Shown: positions 22,701 through 32,069 of the stretch, piece by piece
Layout of the letters: every line of letters starts with the position of its first letter
Numbering within the stretch: position 1 is the stretch's first letter
Source: Macrostomum lignano
Taxonomy: Eukaryota
NCBI GenBank assembly: GCA_002269645.1
Contig: NIVC01004896.1
Location: 1-32,069 of the forward strand
Length of the DNA: 32,069 nt
Direction of reading: 5' to 3'
Notes under the pieces: model-generated
Database searches by the model: none
Told to the model about the DNA's origin: nothing
The model's input: only the letters and a program-made list of their open reading frames with translations
Position numbers and translations under genes: made by a program

Positions 22701-25556
22701 ACTGTCAGGGGATTGAGGGATGCGACTGTCAGAGGATTGAGGGATGTAACTATTAGGGATTCGGGATTTAGCTGTCAGGGGATTAAGGGATTTAGCTATC
22801 AGGTGATTAAGGGATTTAGCTATCAGGGGATTTTGGGATTTTAATATTGATAGCTAATTATGGAATTTAGCGGTAACTATTGTGAGGGTTTTAGAATTGT
22901 TAACTAGCTTCTCTGTAGATTTTTCCTAATACACTTGTATTACTACTGTAATGCATGTAATAAGTAGGCTGTTTAGCAAACTTACCGTTATGGCCTGATA
23001 GACTGGCAGCACGGACTCAAATGAACGAGCATTGGCCAGCCGGCGAGTGAGCAGATGCCGGGCCCACTCCAGCTTCCAGTGGTGGCTCACGCCGCTCTTG
23101 TCGTGACCCTGCGATTTTTCATTGCGGTGAACAGACGGTGAGAATCGATGTTTTTTAATAGACGCGATCCAGTCATCCTTGATGTGACCGCTGGGTGACT
23201 CTCGACTATGACATTATCAGTGCCCCTACACTGTGACTACTGGAGTGACCCTACACTGTGACAACTGGAGTGACCCTACACTGACTACAGGAGTGACCCT
23301 ACACTGACTACTGGAGTGACCCTACACTGTGACTACAAAGTGACCCTACACTGTGACTACGGAGTGACCCTACACTGTGACTACTGGAGTGACCCTACAC
23401 TGACTACTGGAGTGACCCTACACTGTGACTACAAAGTGACCCTACACTGTGACTACGGAGTGACCCTACACTGTGACTACTGGAGTGACCCTACACTGAC
23501 TACTGGAGTGACCCTACACTGTGACTACAAAGTGACCCTACACTGTGACTACGGAGTGACCCTACACTGTGACTACTGGAGTGACCCTACACTGTCACTA
23601 ACTGGAGTGACCCTACACTGTGACTAACTGGAGTGACCCTACACTGTGACTAACTGGAGTGACCCTACACTGTGACTAGAGTGACCCTACACTGTGACTA
23701 CTGGAGTGACCCTACACTGTGACTACTGGAGTGACCCTACACTGTGACTACAGAGTGACCCTACACTGTGACTACTGGAGTGACCCTACACTGTGACTAC
23801 AGAGTGACCCTACACTGTGACTAGAGTGACCCTACACTGTGACTACAGAGTGACCCTACACAGAGTGACCCCGGAGAAGCGCACACTAAACCAATGAAAA
23901 AACTCACTAAATCGTGATGCTCAGCCGTAGAGGAACTGTGCGGAGAATTCTGCCACACCAGCGAGCCATTGTTTAAATTGAATGCCAGTAAAACTGGCGG
24001 TAGCAAATCGGCTGCCGTTTGATTTAAACTGCGTTGATTTTGAAAATAATTGAAAAAATTAAGTATGCAGAAAAAATAGATTAACGCTTTAGTTTTTCTA
24101 CTGTTAGTAGAAAAGCAAAAATATGTTGAATCAAGTAGAAAAAATAAATTACACGCTAATTTTTCTACTGTTAGTAGAAAAGCAAGAATAAGTTGAATCA
24201 ACTACAAACTCGTCAGAATAAAAAAACTTACTCAAATCCGATTGGTCCAGACTTATCAACCAATCGATACGCGGCAACCATCAGCAAACAGGTGAACACA
24301 CTGGAGCCCTGCCGGCAGTGAGTCCTAATTATAGTCATAGATAGCGGTTTGGCTAAGTACGATGACAGTAGCATGGAATGCAAACTGGACAATGGATTCA
24401 GGCTATAAAGGTGCGTTAATTGGCCGCTGCGCTGTCCCGGCTCTTGGTTGTCAGATAAAGAATACACATGCAGATGGCCACTGGATGACTGGGCAACAAC
24501 GAACTGAAAGCAGGGCAAAAATTATTGAGTTGAATACTGTGTAAACAGAATACACTCACAATAGCACAGGGAATTGTACATCTGGGGAGAATTAATACAC
24601 CTCACAATAGTATAGAGAATTGTACATCTGGGGAGAATTAATACCCATTGAGCATTATAGAACAAGGAACATAACGCAACCCACCAACTGTTTTCCAACA
24701 GTTGCAGTCTCAATCGCCAATGGCATTCTTCCCATTCCAGCATCCGCTCCTATGTCAGGCAGCTGGGCCAGCACTCGATGCGGCCAGCTAGCCAGGGTTC
24801 TAAGCGACGTCTTCAGCGGCTGCCGATCAAGGCCAACTAGCCAGCCATCTCCAGCGTGGCTGATCCAAGCCATCTCATTCAGCTCCGGCTGCTTGCCATG
24901 CTCACCTGTAAATGGGAAACGATTTTTCTACAGGATGTTAGATTTTTCTAGGTTAATGCGGGCGACATTTTTCGGCCGGTGTGAGAAATTTAACTAGTCA
25001 AATTTTTATTCGTCTACTTTTCTCAGTAGTCTAAATTGAATCTTTTACATGGAGATTGAAAGAGAGGTGGCCCTTACAAGGGCCGTTTTTCGCCGTTAAA
25101 TAAGCTGCGATCGGCAATTCAAGGATTAAAAAAGTAATTAAGCTCTTTTAGAGGACTGATTATTCTAAATGCCAAGATTCGTTTACTTTTTTCCTTAGGT
25201 TTTGCCTAAAATAATTAATTAGAACTTACAAATTATTTACCTTTAAGCTTATTCGCACTATTAAATTGAGCAGGCACCGGAGTCAATAGAAACTGCTTAG
25301 CAACAAAATCTGCATTGGCTTCACCATCAAGATCGAAATAGGCTGTGGGCACCAGCTCCCAGTCAGACTGATGCTCACTAGCTAAACGATATGCAAATGC
25401 AGCAAATAATATGCAGGCAATTTGTAATTTTGACAAATAGCTGCGTTTTGCTGGCTGACTCTGCTGGCGCTGGGTGGCCTGTGTTGGCATTGATGACAGT
25501 CGCTGCTGATGCCTTGACCTTCTATTAGATCCCTGCTGCTGGTGCACAGTTTCCAT
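19757..25556 (-). CDS. Uncharacterised membrane protein resembling plant NERD1 / FG-GAP-repeat proteins, 659 aa; exons 25556-25241, 24905-24685, 24503-24232, 24028-23908, 23108-22986, 22531-22084, 20235-19757
   Basis: All seven exons join with GT-AG boundaries and matching phases (316+221+272+121+123+448+479 = 1980 nt, 659 codons plus TGA), with no frameshift. There is an N-terminal hydrophobic segment (LQIACILFAAFAYRL) and a C-terminal TM (WILLICSVALLACLALAFFMF). Blocks GRMPLAIETA, LLAFNLNNGSLVW, HHWKL, PFSW, NVLALRLGDSIDLY, PAVPLLLP, LRWRVATESRW and GRILASHTLPCEP appear in the same order as in Arabidopsis NERD1 (At3g51050) as I recall it. The start codon is uncertain; the alternative is MPTQAT. 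Confidence 0.8.
20345..22030. repeat. Minisatellite filling intron 6 of the NERD1-like gene, 24-25-bp unit GCTGTTTCTTGGAAA(A/C)AAACTAGAA with a ~220-bp higher-order period
   Basis: Read directly. The variant marker CGAAGCACT occurs at 20451, 20672, 20893, 21112, 21332, 21427, 21595 and 21836. Confidence 0.98.
22659..22845. repeat. Degenerate 24-bp minisatellite GGGATTAAGGGATTTAGCTATCAG in intron 5 of the NERD1-like gene
   Basis: About 8 diverged copies read directly. Confidence 0.9.
23224..23870. repeat. Minisatellite filling intron 4 of the NERD1-like gene, 23-25-bp unit GAGTGACCCTACACTGTGACTACTG with a 96-bp higher-order block
   Basis: Read directly. The 32-aa period of ORF 23316..23627 reflects the 96-bp block. 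Confidence 0.98.
24068..24203. repeat. ~67-bp tandem dimer in intron 3 of the NERD1-like gene, each copy carrying the hairpin TTTTCTACT-GTT-AGTAGAAAA
   Basis: The hairpins lie at 24094-24114 and 24161-24181, 67 bp apart, with similar flanks. Confidence 0.9.
24557..24645. repeat. 46-bp tandem dimer in intron 2 of the NERD1-like gene
   Basis: CACAATAG...GAATTGTACATCTGGGGAGAATTAATAC starts at 24557 and again at 24603. Confidence 0.9.
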
Positions 25557-27268
25557 AAGAACACATGAAAAAGTTAAGTTAACAGCATAGAGAATACATT
25601 AAATAGCTGTCAATAAAGACAGAAGACTGCAAGCAAATTTATTGATAGATCTAATACTTAAGGATTGTTAGGTAAACAAAAATGTTTGTTCCTGTTATCC
25701 TGTGCAACTATGCACTTGAAATAAAAGTTTACCTAAGTTATAAAAAATTTATTCATATGCTTTTTAGATTTACTCTAATAGGGGATCTACTTCTCTATCT
25801 TCTATACATATAAAAATGAAAACTGGTCAGGTTGGTAAAGACAGAAGTAGGCAGAAGTTGGGGTGGTTGGTTGTCTTGCTAAAAATGAAAAGTAGCTTTA
25901 AAAAGGCATAGTATTATTTAAGAATAACTTCAAGAAAGACTCAATTGCACTTTTTATCACTTTTTCACTTTAGATAAAAAGACTTTAATTTAGGAAAATT
26001 AAAGATAACCTATGATGTTCTTTGTAGTCAGTTTAGAGCAGGCACAAAATTGGATATCATTTAGTTAGGTTGTTTTGGAGTTCAAAGTAATGCAACTTTA
26101 TATAGACATATATAGTCAGTGTATTTATATATGTATCTATAGATCTATAGATTATACATAGATTATATATAATTTTCATAGAATAGGCCTATAATCTACT
26201 TCAGTAATAGCCATTTTGGTAACAGCCATTTTGGTAACAAAGCAGATTTATAACTACTGATGCTATACTTTATGGTAATTAACTTAGGCAACTATTCCAG
26301 TTTAATAATTAACATTTTAACTATTTTATTGCCAATTATAGTTTAAGTTTCTAGTTAAACTAAATTATAATTTGTTTAAATTTGTATATTAACTTTGTAA
26401 AAAAATTAAGGTGGCAAATGTAGCCATATATTCCAGAGTTTAAATTTCTGCCAACTATAGAAAACTTTATTAGTTGAAGAAACTTGATTTATTAGCTTGA
26501 ATTTATAGACTTGACTGCGCGAGGGGAGGCAGGGTAAAAGATGCAGCTTAGACAATCCTACCCAATTGGTTTTTGCTGGCAGAATAGGCACTAAGCATTC
26601 ATTGGTTAGGGCTCATTATTGGTGTTTACAGCCAATCAGAAATGAGAAGAAATTTTGCAAAAGTCTATATGTAGGGGTAGGGTGACACAGAAAGAAATAT
26701 GGAAAAAACAACTAAAAATATTAGAAGTGCATGCTGCATGCACATGCAAATTGAATACTATTACACAAAGAACATTATGCAAGTAAGCAAGTTGAAAATT
26801 GAAATTTTGAAGTAAGTAATTGTAAATGAAGACAAAAGTAAATTCTATAAAAGAAGTCACTAACTTAGATTTCTAAATCTAGGTACACAATATTTGGTCA
26901 ATAGGATGTCTCAGCTTATACATACATCTGGCACACCTGGAAATTAAAATTAAAATATATGTAGATTAAAATATGCATAGCTTTCTGCATCAATCCAAAT
27001 CTTAAAGTTTGCAAGAATGTAACTCAATTGTTTTTTGTTGTTCTTTCTATAAAGTTTGTTTGCAACATCTTTTTGAGCATATAAATTAATACATACTATT
27101 ATTTCCACTTGTTACCAAAGTGGCTATTACTGAAATGGCCAATTTGGTCAAAAGCAATTTTAAAATGCAAATATTTAGTGTGTGACGTTGTCAGTTTAAG
27201 TAGCCCCGCCAAGGGCCATTTTAGCATATGGTACCAATCTATAATATTGTTGGTTTCGTACTCTCAGA

Positions 27269-27464
27269 CAGTGGTGGATCCTGGGGGGGGGGGGCCAAGG
27301 GGGCCATGGCCCCCCTCAGTTGCCTCGAAAAAAAATTCTGCTCTTGGTCCTTGGCCCCTTCTACTCGTAAGTAAAGAAAGGGCTTAGGTCTTGGGGTGGG
27401 TTCCTACTTGGGGCAGTATGAAAAAAGTTGGCCCCCCCTCAAGAAATTCCTGGATCCGCGCCTG
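27269..27464. mobile_element. hAT-type MITE, 196 bp
   Basis: TIRs CAGTGGTGGATCC / GGATCCGCGCCTG. 8-bp flanking direct repeat CTCTCAGA (27261-27268) / CTCTCACA (27465-27472), 7/8 identical. CAG termini with an 8-bp TSD are established hAT hallmarks. Confidence 0.85.
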
Positions 27465-28211
27465 CTCTCACATCTGCTTAAAGTAGTGTCCAAGGAATTT
27501 CAATCAGCTTACATACATTTGTAAAGCCTGCATACAGTGTGCGATCAATAATTTTTGTGTTGTTTCTTTTCAGCTAGCCAATAGAAAAGCTGCACATTAA
27601 TTATGTTAAGTTCTCCTCCTTGCATGCCTACCCCAGCCCACTCCTTACTAGTCTTGTCTGGCTAGGTACTTGGGGTTACTCCTACATCAAACCCTACCCT
27701 GCCCCTGTGCTGCTCTGCCTGCCTTTGGGCTCTCACTCCTTGTTTACTTACCTTCTCTCTCTACCTCACTCCACCATGGCTCTAGCCACGCCTTAGCCAT
27801 GCCACTTTTACTGTCTGTTTGAGCTCTCATTACAAGCACCACTACTGCACAATCATTGCCGTTGCTTTGTCACAATTGCCTCAAACTCATCAATCACCTC
27901 TGCCTTCTACTATCTAACTTATTGTTGTGTAGCTGCCAGCCAGTGCATCGTTTATGAATTCAACTAGTACCAAACCTAACTTTTCACTCACTCATATGTC
28001 ACAATAAACAAAATCTGTGGCCAATGGCCATTGCTTGCATTAGTTGCCATTATTGCCAAGTGCTATGGCTAGGCCTACAAAATTGCCTCTACCATATTTG
28101 TCTTGTCAATTATTTTTCAAGGCTGCCACATTATTGTCACAATGGGAGTGGTGTTGGGTGCTGCGCTGCTCACAGGACAATGGACAAGCAGAGTGGCACC
28201 CAACAGCAATA

Positions 28212-28348
28212 GGCTAGATGGGAATAAAGCTTAAAAATCTCCCATCTAGCTGGTAAAAAGTTTGTCTGTTAAGCTTTTTCTTAACAGATTCTCAACTGAT
28301 TTTTCCAGGCTAGATGGGAGATTTTTTAAGCTTTTTCCCCATCCAGCC
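28212..28348. mobile_element. TA-flanked palindromic MITE, 137 bp
   Basis: TA|GGCTAGATGGGAATAAAGCTTAAAAATCTCCCATCTAGC ... GCTAGATGGGAGATTTTTTAAGCTTTTTCCCCATCCAGCC|TA. TIRs are ~45 bp, with TA on both sides. Confidence 0.8.
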
Positions 28349-29363
28349 TATTGCCATTGGGTGGATGCATGCAAATTTGGCAACAAACAAATTTGGTGAC
28401 AGAGATTCACAATGGACTAATTCGGCGAAAGTGAATTTGGCGACAATCTAGGCAAATTCGGCGACACGTCTTTTTATAGCTAGCCTAAAGACAAGTTAAA
28501 GCAAATGAGGTGGAGGTGAAGAAAGAAAATTAAACTTGGGGTTTGACTTGAAATTGGTCGGTTGCTGACACCATGAATGAGGTGGGGGCGGATAGCTGAT
28601 GGTCACCTAGGGGTGATGGTGAGTCATCATGCAGAATCGTGCCATTTGCTACATTTGTTATATACATTAGCTATGTGCATTTTAATTTTTAACATTGGTT
28701 TACGTCGGTAAGATAAGAACCTATTTGCCAAAGTTATTTACGTTACAATTTATAAAAAAATTAGAAAAAATAAAAATAATACATAACTAAGGCTAAGTAC
28801 TAAATAGCATTTTAATTTCTCGATATAAATTGGCTTTGCCTATCACTAGAGTAGTTCTGTGCCTGTGCCACTACCACAGGGGCCAGCCTAGCGCTAGCGG
28901 GCAATTTCCTGTGGTTGTGTGGTTGCAATGGTGCCTTCTTTCCTGTAAACCTTGACGCTCAAGTTTTAGACAAAAAATCACACGACAAAACAAAAAGAGT
29001 TTACAAACAAAATCAACTATAAGCTAACTATAAACTTTGAACAACGACGTAATTTTTTATTTAAATTGAATACATATAAGCATAAGCTGATAATTAAAAC
29101 TTTTTAAATTAGTTCGTCGTCATCTCAACGTGTCATTTATTATTTCATCAGTCAGTCCATCCATATTATCGTTCGACGATAAATAAACATTCATATGAGT
29201 TTTCTGACACACTAATAACACCTTACCCATTACTACGAGTGCCGTCTCCTTTTATAGTCATTACTTATCATCTCAATTGCTAACTTTTTTATCCTTGTAA
29301 CCAGACAAAACCTTTCGTACTTTCTTATTTGGCTTATTTATAAATAAGTCAGACGAGAGATCC

Positions 29364-32069
29364 ATGAAGTATCCTATTGCAATACTTATCATATTTTGTG
29401 TTTGTCCAGAGTTTGGACATGCAAACAGAAGAGTGCTTTTATCAACTGTTCAGACTTTGACGCTTCACCGTGACAAATTTACTACTGGTCGACGAAGCAG
29501 TCCAATTCCACAGCTAAAATGCATTGATGGCAAAAGCAGCTGTTCAAATCTTCCATCTTCTGTTCAATGTTACAACCAAGGATCAGATGGAATTGATGTT
29601 CAGTGGAAGTGTGAAGCTCAGCTGCCTAAGAGCACCCAATTTGATAAACTTCAGGTAGGTCTCTATCACCTGCATTCTGCAACAAATAAAAAATTACATT
29701 TTACAATTGTAGAATATAGACCTATTTCACAATTTTGTTTGAGCTTAATAAGGTATAAGCCATGGTTCAAAATAAGTTTGAGTAAGTTGATTTAACATGA
29801 CATGCATTAAAAATAAAACTAAATCTATACAAGATACAAAAAGGTAAAAAGATGGCAATCCTTTAGTTTATGATCACTGTCTATTTTTCAAGTTTTGGTT
29901 TATGATCACCTTATATTTTGCTTACTGCAGTGCAAAAATGGTGTGTTCAAAACTAAGATATAAAAACCAATGATAGTTTCAAATGAAAAGAAAACAAAAG
30001 TTGGCTGATCAACTAACTTTGTTTAGGGCCTATTTGAAATTGAAAAGATTTGTACATCAGTTCACTAGTAGGGCCTAGCTTATATATATATCACCTTTGG
30101 TTTACAATCACCCAAAGCTGGCTGTAGGAAAGCATGTCAACCCTAGCTTAGTATAATTAATCTTTAGCACCGTACCCCCTCACTTTTGGTTTACAATCAC
30201 TTCCACACATGCATTCCATTGAAATAATCATGAACCAAAGCTGGCTATAAGAAAGCATGTCAACCCTTAGTATACTTTCTTAAGGCCAGCTTTGGTTCAC
30301 AATCATTTTAATGGGCAACATACATTTGGGTGATCATAAACCAAAGGTGAAATATATAGGCTACTGTAGTTCAAACTTGCGACTTGACAGTTGAAATTAG
30401 TTTGACAGGTTTTCCTACTGCCAGCTTCGGTTTGCAATCAATAGGTAGCATACTTTTGGGTGATCGTAAACCAAAGGTGAAATATAAGGTGCTACAACTA
30501 TCTTACCATCTTTTGAAATAAACAAAGTCAGTTCGCCAATATTTGATTTTGTTTCATTGGAAACTATGGATTTTATGTCTTACAACTGTTTTTTGTGATA
30601 AACGTCACTGTTTGGGATGATCATAAACCAAAAGAATGCCAAAAAGACAATGAATAGGTCTAGGCCTAGGTCTAAATGCTAAAGGATCAAAACAATAAGG
30701 CCTAGTGAAATAGGGCAAAATAAAAAAATTGGGGGCAAGTTTTTGTAAACTTTTTTTTAGCAATTTGAAAGCAAGAAGCTATAAAATAAATTTATTTGAG
30801 TTTTTAAAAGTTAGAAACATTTATAAAAGTTTAAATGTATTGACAAACATGTTTGCCAAACATGACAGGCTGATGCATTTGAATGTACTTAGAATTTGCC
30901 AAAACTCTGCTTCCTAATAAACAAATATCATTATTTCTTATTATTTCCAATTTACTACTTTGAGTATGCTTAATAGATTCTACTGTTTCTAGTTTAGTTT
31001 GCCTTAAATATAGAATATTTATGCTATAATAAATTTCTTGACACATTGTCAATAATATAAAGTGCATTGCCAAAGTAATTATTTCAAACTATAATAACAA
31101 TCAATAACTACATGCATTGCCTTTTTATACAAGAATTGGTTCCAGAACTAATCAGAAAGTTAACAGTGCTCATTAGATCTTTTTAGACTTCAGTCTAAGA
31201 AATGGACTAGAAGAAATAAACTACAAGCTTTCTCTCTTCTCTCCTTTTCCTTTTCTCTCCTCTCCCTTCTACTTCTCTCTTTTCCACTCTTCTCTCCTCT
31301 CCTCTCTCCTCTCCCTTCTCTCCCTCTCTGGCCTTTGAGGTAAAAAAGTTTGCCAACCTTGCTTTAACTCAATATAGGCAAGTGCATTCTGGAGTTGGTA
31401 AAGCAGGGTGCAGATGCTAATTAAGTGGGTCTGTTTGTACATGTAGAAAACCAAAGCGATTTTTGCAGCTTCGAAAAAACAAAAATCTTGTAATTTTTCA
31501 TTTTTAATTATTATTCTACTGATAGAAAGTAGATAAAGACATTTATCTAGTTATTCTGGTATCTGTTTTTACTAAGCTGTATAACCTTGTAATTTGAGTG
31601 TCATACAATTGAGTGATTCATATTTTAAAGGATACAATTTTTGGAATTGCAAAATTTCTATCAATTCTCAATTTTTAACTTCATGCTCAATTTTACCTTA
31701 AAAATTCAGGTTCAGTGCGAGGGCTATGACTATCCTGATGACCCCTACATCCTAGCCGGCTCGTGCGCCTCACCTACTCGCTGAAGCCAGCCGGCGGCAG
31801 CCGCAGTCATAAAAGCCGGTCTGGTCATAAGAGTCGCAGTCATCGCCAAGCTGCTAGCGATTCGGACAACTCTGTCTCGCCGGTCATTGTGATTGCTGTT
31901 CTGGCCATTGCTGGCTATTGCATCTATGCATTCTTCTTGCACCGTCCGCTAACCGCGTGTCCAACGACCCCAGCGCTCCGCCGCCGCCAGCTTATGACGA
32001 TTATGATGATGGCGACCAGCCTCCGCCTTATACTCCGGCGGTCCAGGTGCGCCGCAATACGGATTCCGG
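29364..32069 (+). CDS. SARAF: Store-operated calcium entry-associated regulatory factor (SARAF/TMEM66), 5' part; exons 29364-29654 and 31710 to beyond the right edge, with two apparent 1-nt deletions
   Basis: A signal peptide is followed by RVLLSTVQTLTLHRDKFTTGRRSSPIPQLKC...VQCYNQGSDGIDVQWKC...|VQCEGYDYPDDPYILAGSC, matching the SARAF luminal domain with all six Cys. After a frame change near 31767 come LTYSL and a TM (PVIVIAVLAIAGYCIYAFF). After a second change near 31946 come PSAPPPPAY and QPPPY. The intron is phase 0 (cag|GTAGGT..ttcAG|gtt). Confidence 0.93.
29858..30635. mobile_element. Cluster of foldback/MITE relics in the SARAF intron; best-defined unit ~30084-30358
   Basis: Inverted arms TATATATCACCTTTGGTTTACAATCACCCAAA (30085-30116) and TTTGGGTGATCATAAACCAAAGGTGAAATATATA (30325-30358). 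Further copies of the TTTGGTTTA..ATCA motif lie in both orientations nearby. Confidence 0.65.
31228..31330. repeat. Short CT-rich low-complexity tract in the SARAF intron
   Basis: Read directly. Confidence 0.85.

Noticed and set aside
23109-23190. Longer version of NERD1-like exon 5 using the acceptor at 23191 (GHIKDDWIASIKK...)
   Set aside because: Its phase is incompatible with the phase-0 donor at 23907. The acceptor at 23109 fits both the phase and the expected spacing to HHWKL.
23316-23627. TLHCDY-repeat ORF resembling a Cys/His metal-binding protein
   Set aside because: It is antisense to the NERD1-like intron 4, has no ATG context, and is a pure product of the satellite.
18608-23870. 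CRISPR-like appearance of several repeat arrays
   Set aside because: The context is eukaryotic with no cas genes, and the inter-repeat segments are variants of one another rather than unique spacers.
327-23907. Idea that intronic arrays avoid AG on the sense strand to protect splicing
   Set aside because: It holds for the consensus unit of NOA1 intron 2 only; the other arrays contain many CAG/TAG on the sense strand.
26500-26645. CCAAT-containing patch as the promoter of the NERD1-like gene
   Set aside because: Short motifs alone are insufficient, it lies within TE-relic DNA, and there are no transcript data.

Overview
Eukaryotic (animal) genomic DNA with spliceosomal GT-AG introns. It is not prokaryotic, and I found no CRISPR array, rRNA or tRNA. 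GC- and CpG-rich exons with minisatellite-filled introns resemble Macrostomum-type flatworm assemblies, but the species is an inference. Four genes can be rebuilt by hand. (1) NOA1, a circularly permuted mitochondrial GTPase: minus strand, 3 exons visible, running off the left edge, with several 1-nt indels. (2) An intact but divergent RPS15A/uS8: plus strand, 130 aa. (3) An intact 7-exon, 659-aa membrane protein resembling plant NERD1 / FG-GAP-repeat proteins: minus strand. (4) SARAF/TMEM66: plus strand, running off the right edge, with two 1-nt deletions. Between NOA1 and RPS15A is a 13.7-kb AT-rich, CpG-depleted block. It holds two diverged ~3-kb Helitron-like elements in inverted orientation, which enclose a decayed Mutator-like transposase fragment and a dense cluster of the palindrome TAGGCCTA. 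Six of the ten complete introns carry their own private ~19-29-bp minisatellite, two more carry tandem dimers, and four arrays (three intronic, one intergenic) show higher-order repeats. Several MITEs with recognisable ends are present. Nearly all long ORFs in the supplied track are artefacts of low-complexity DNA.
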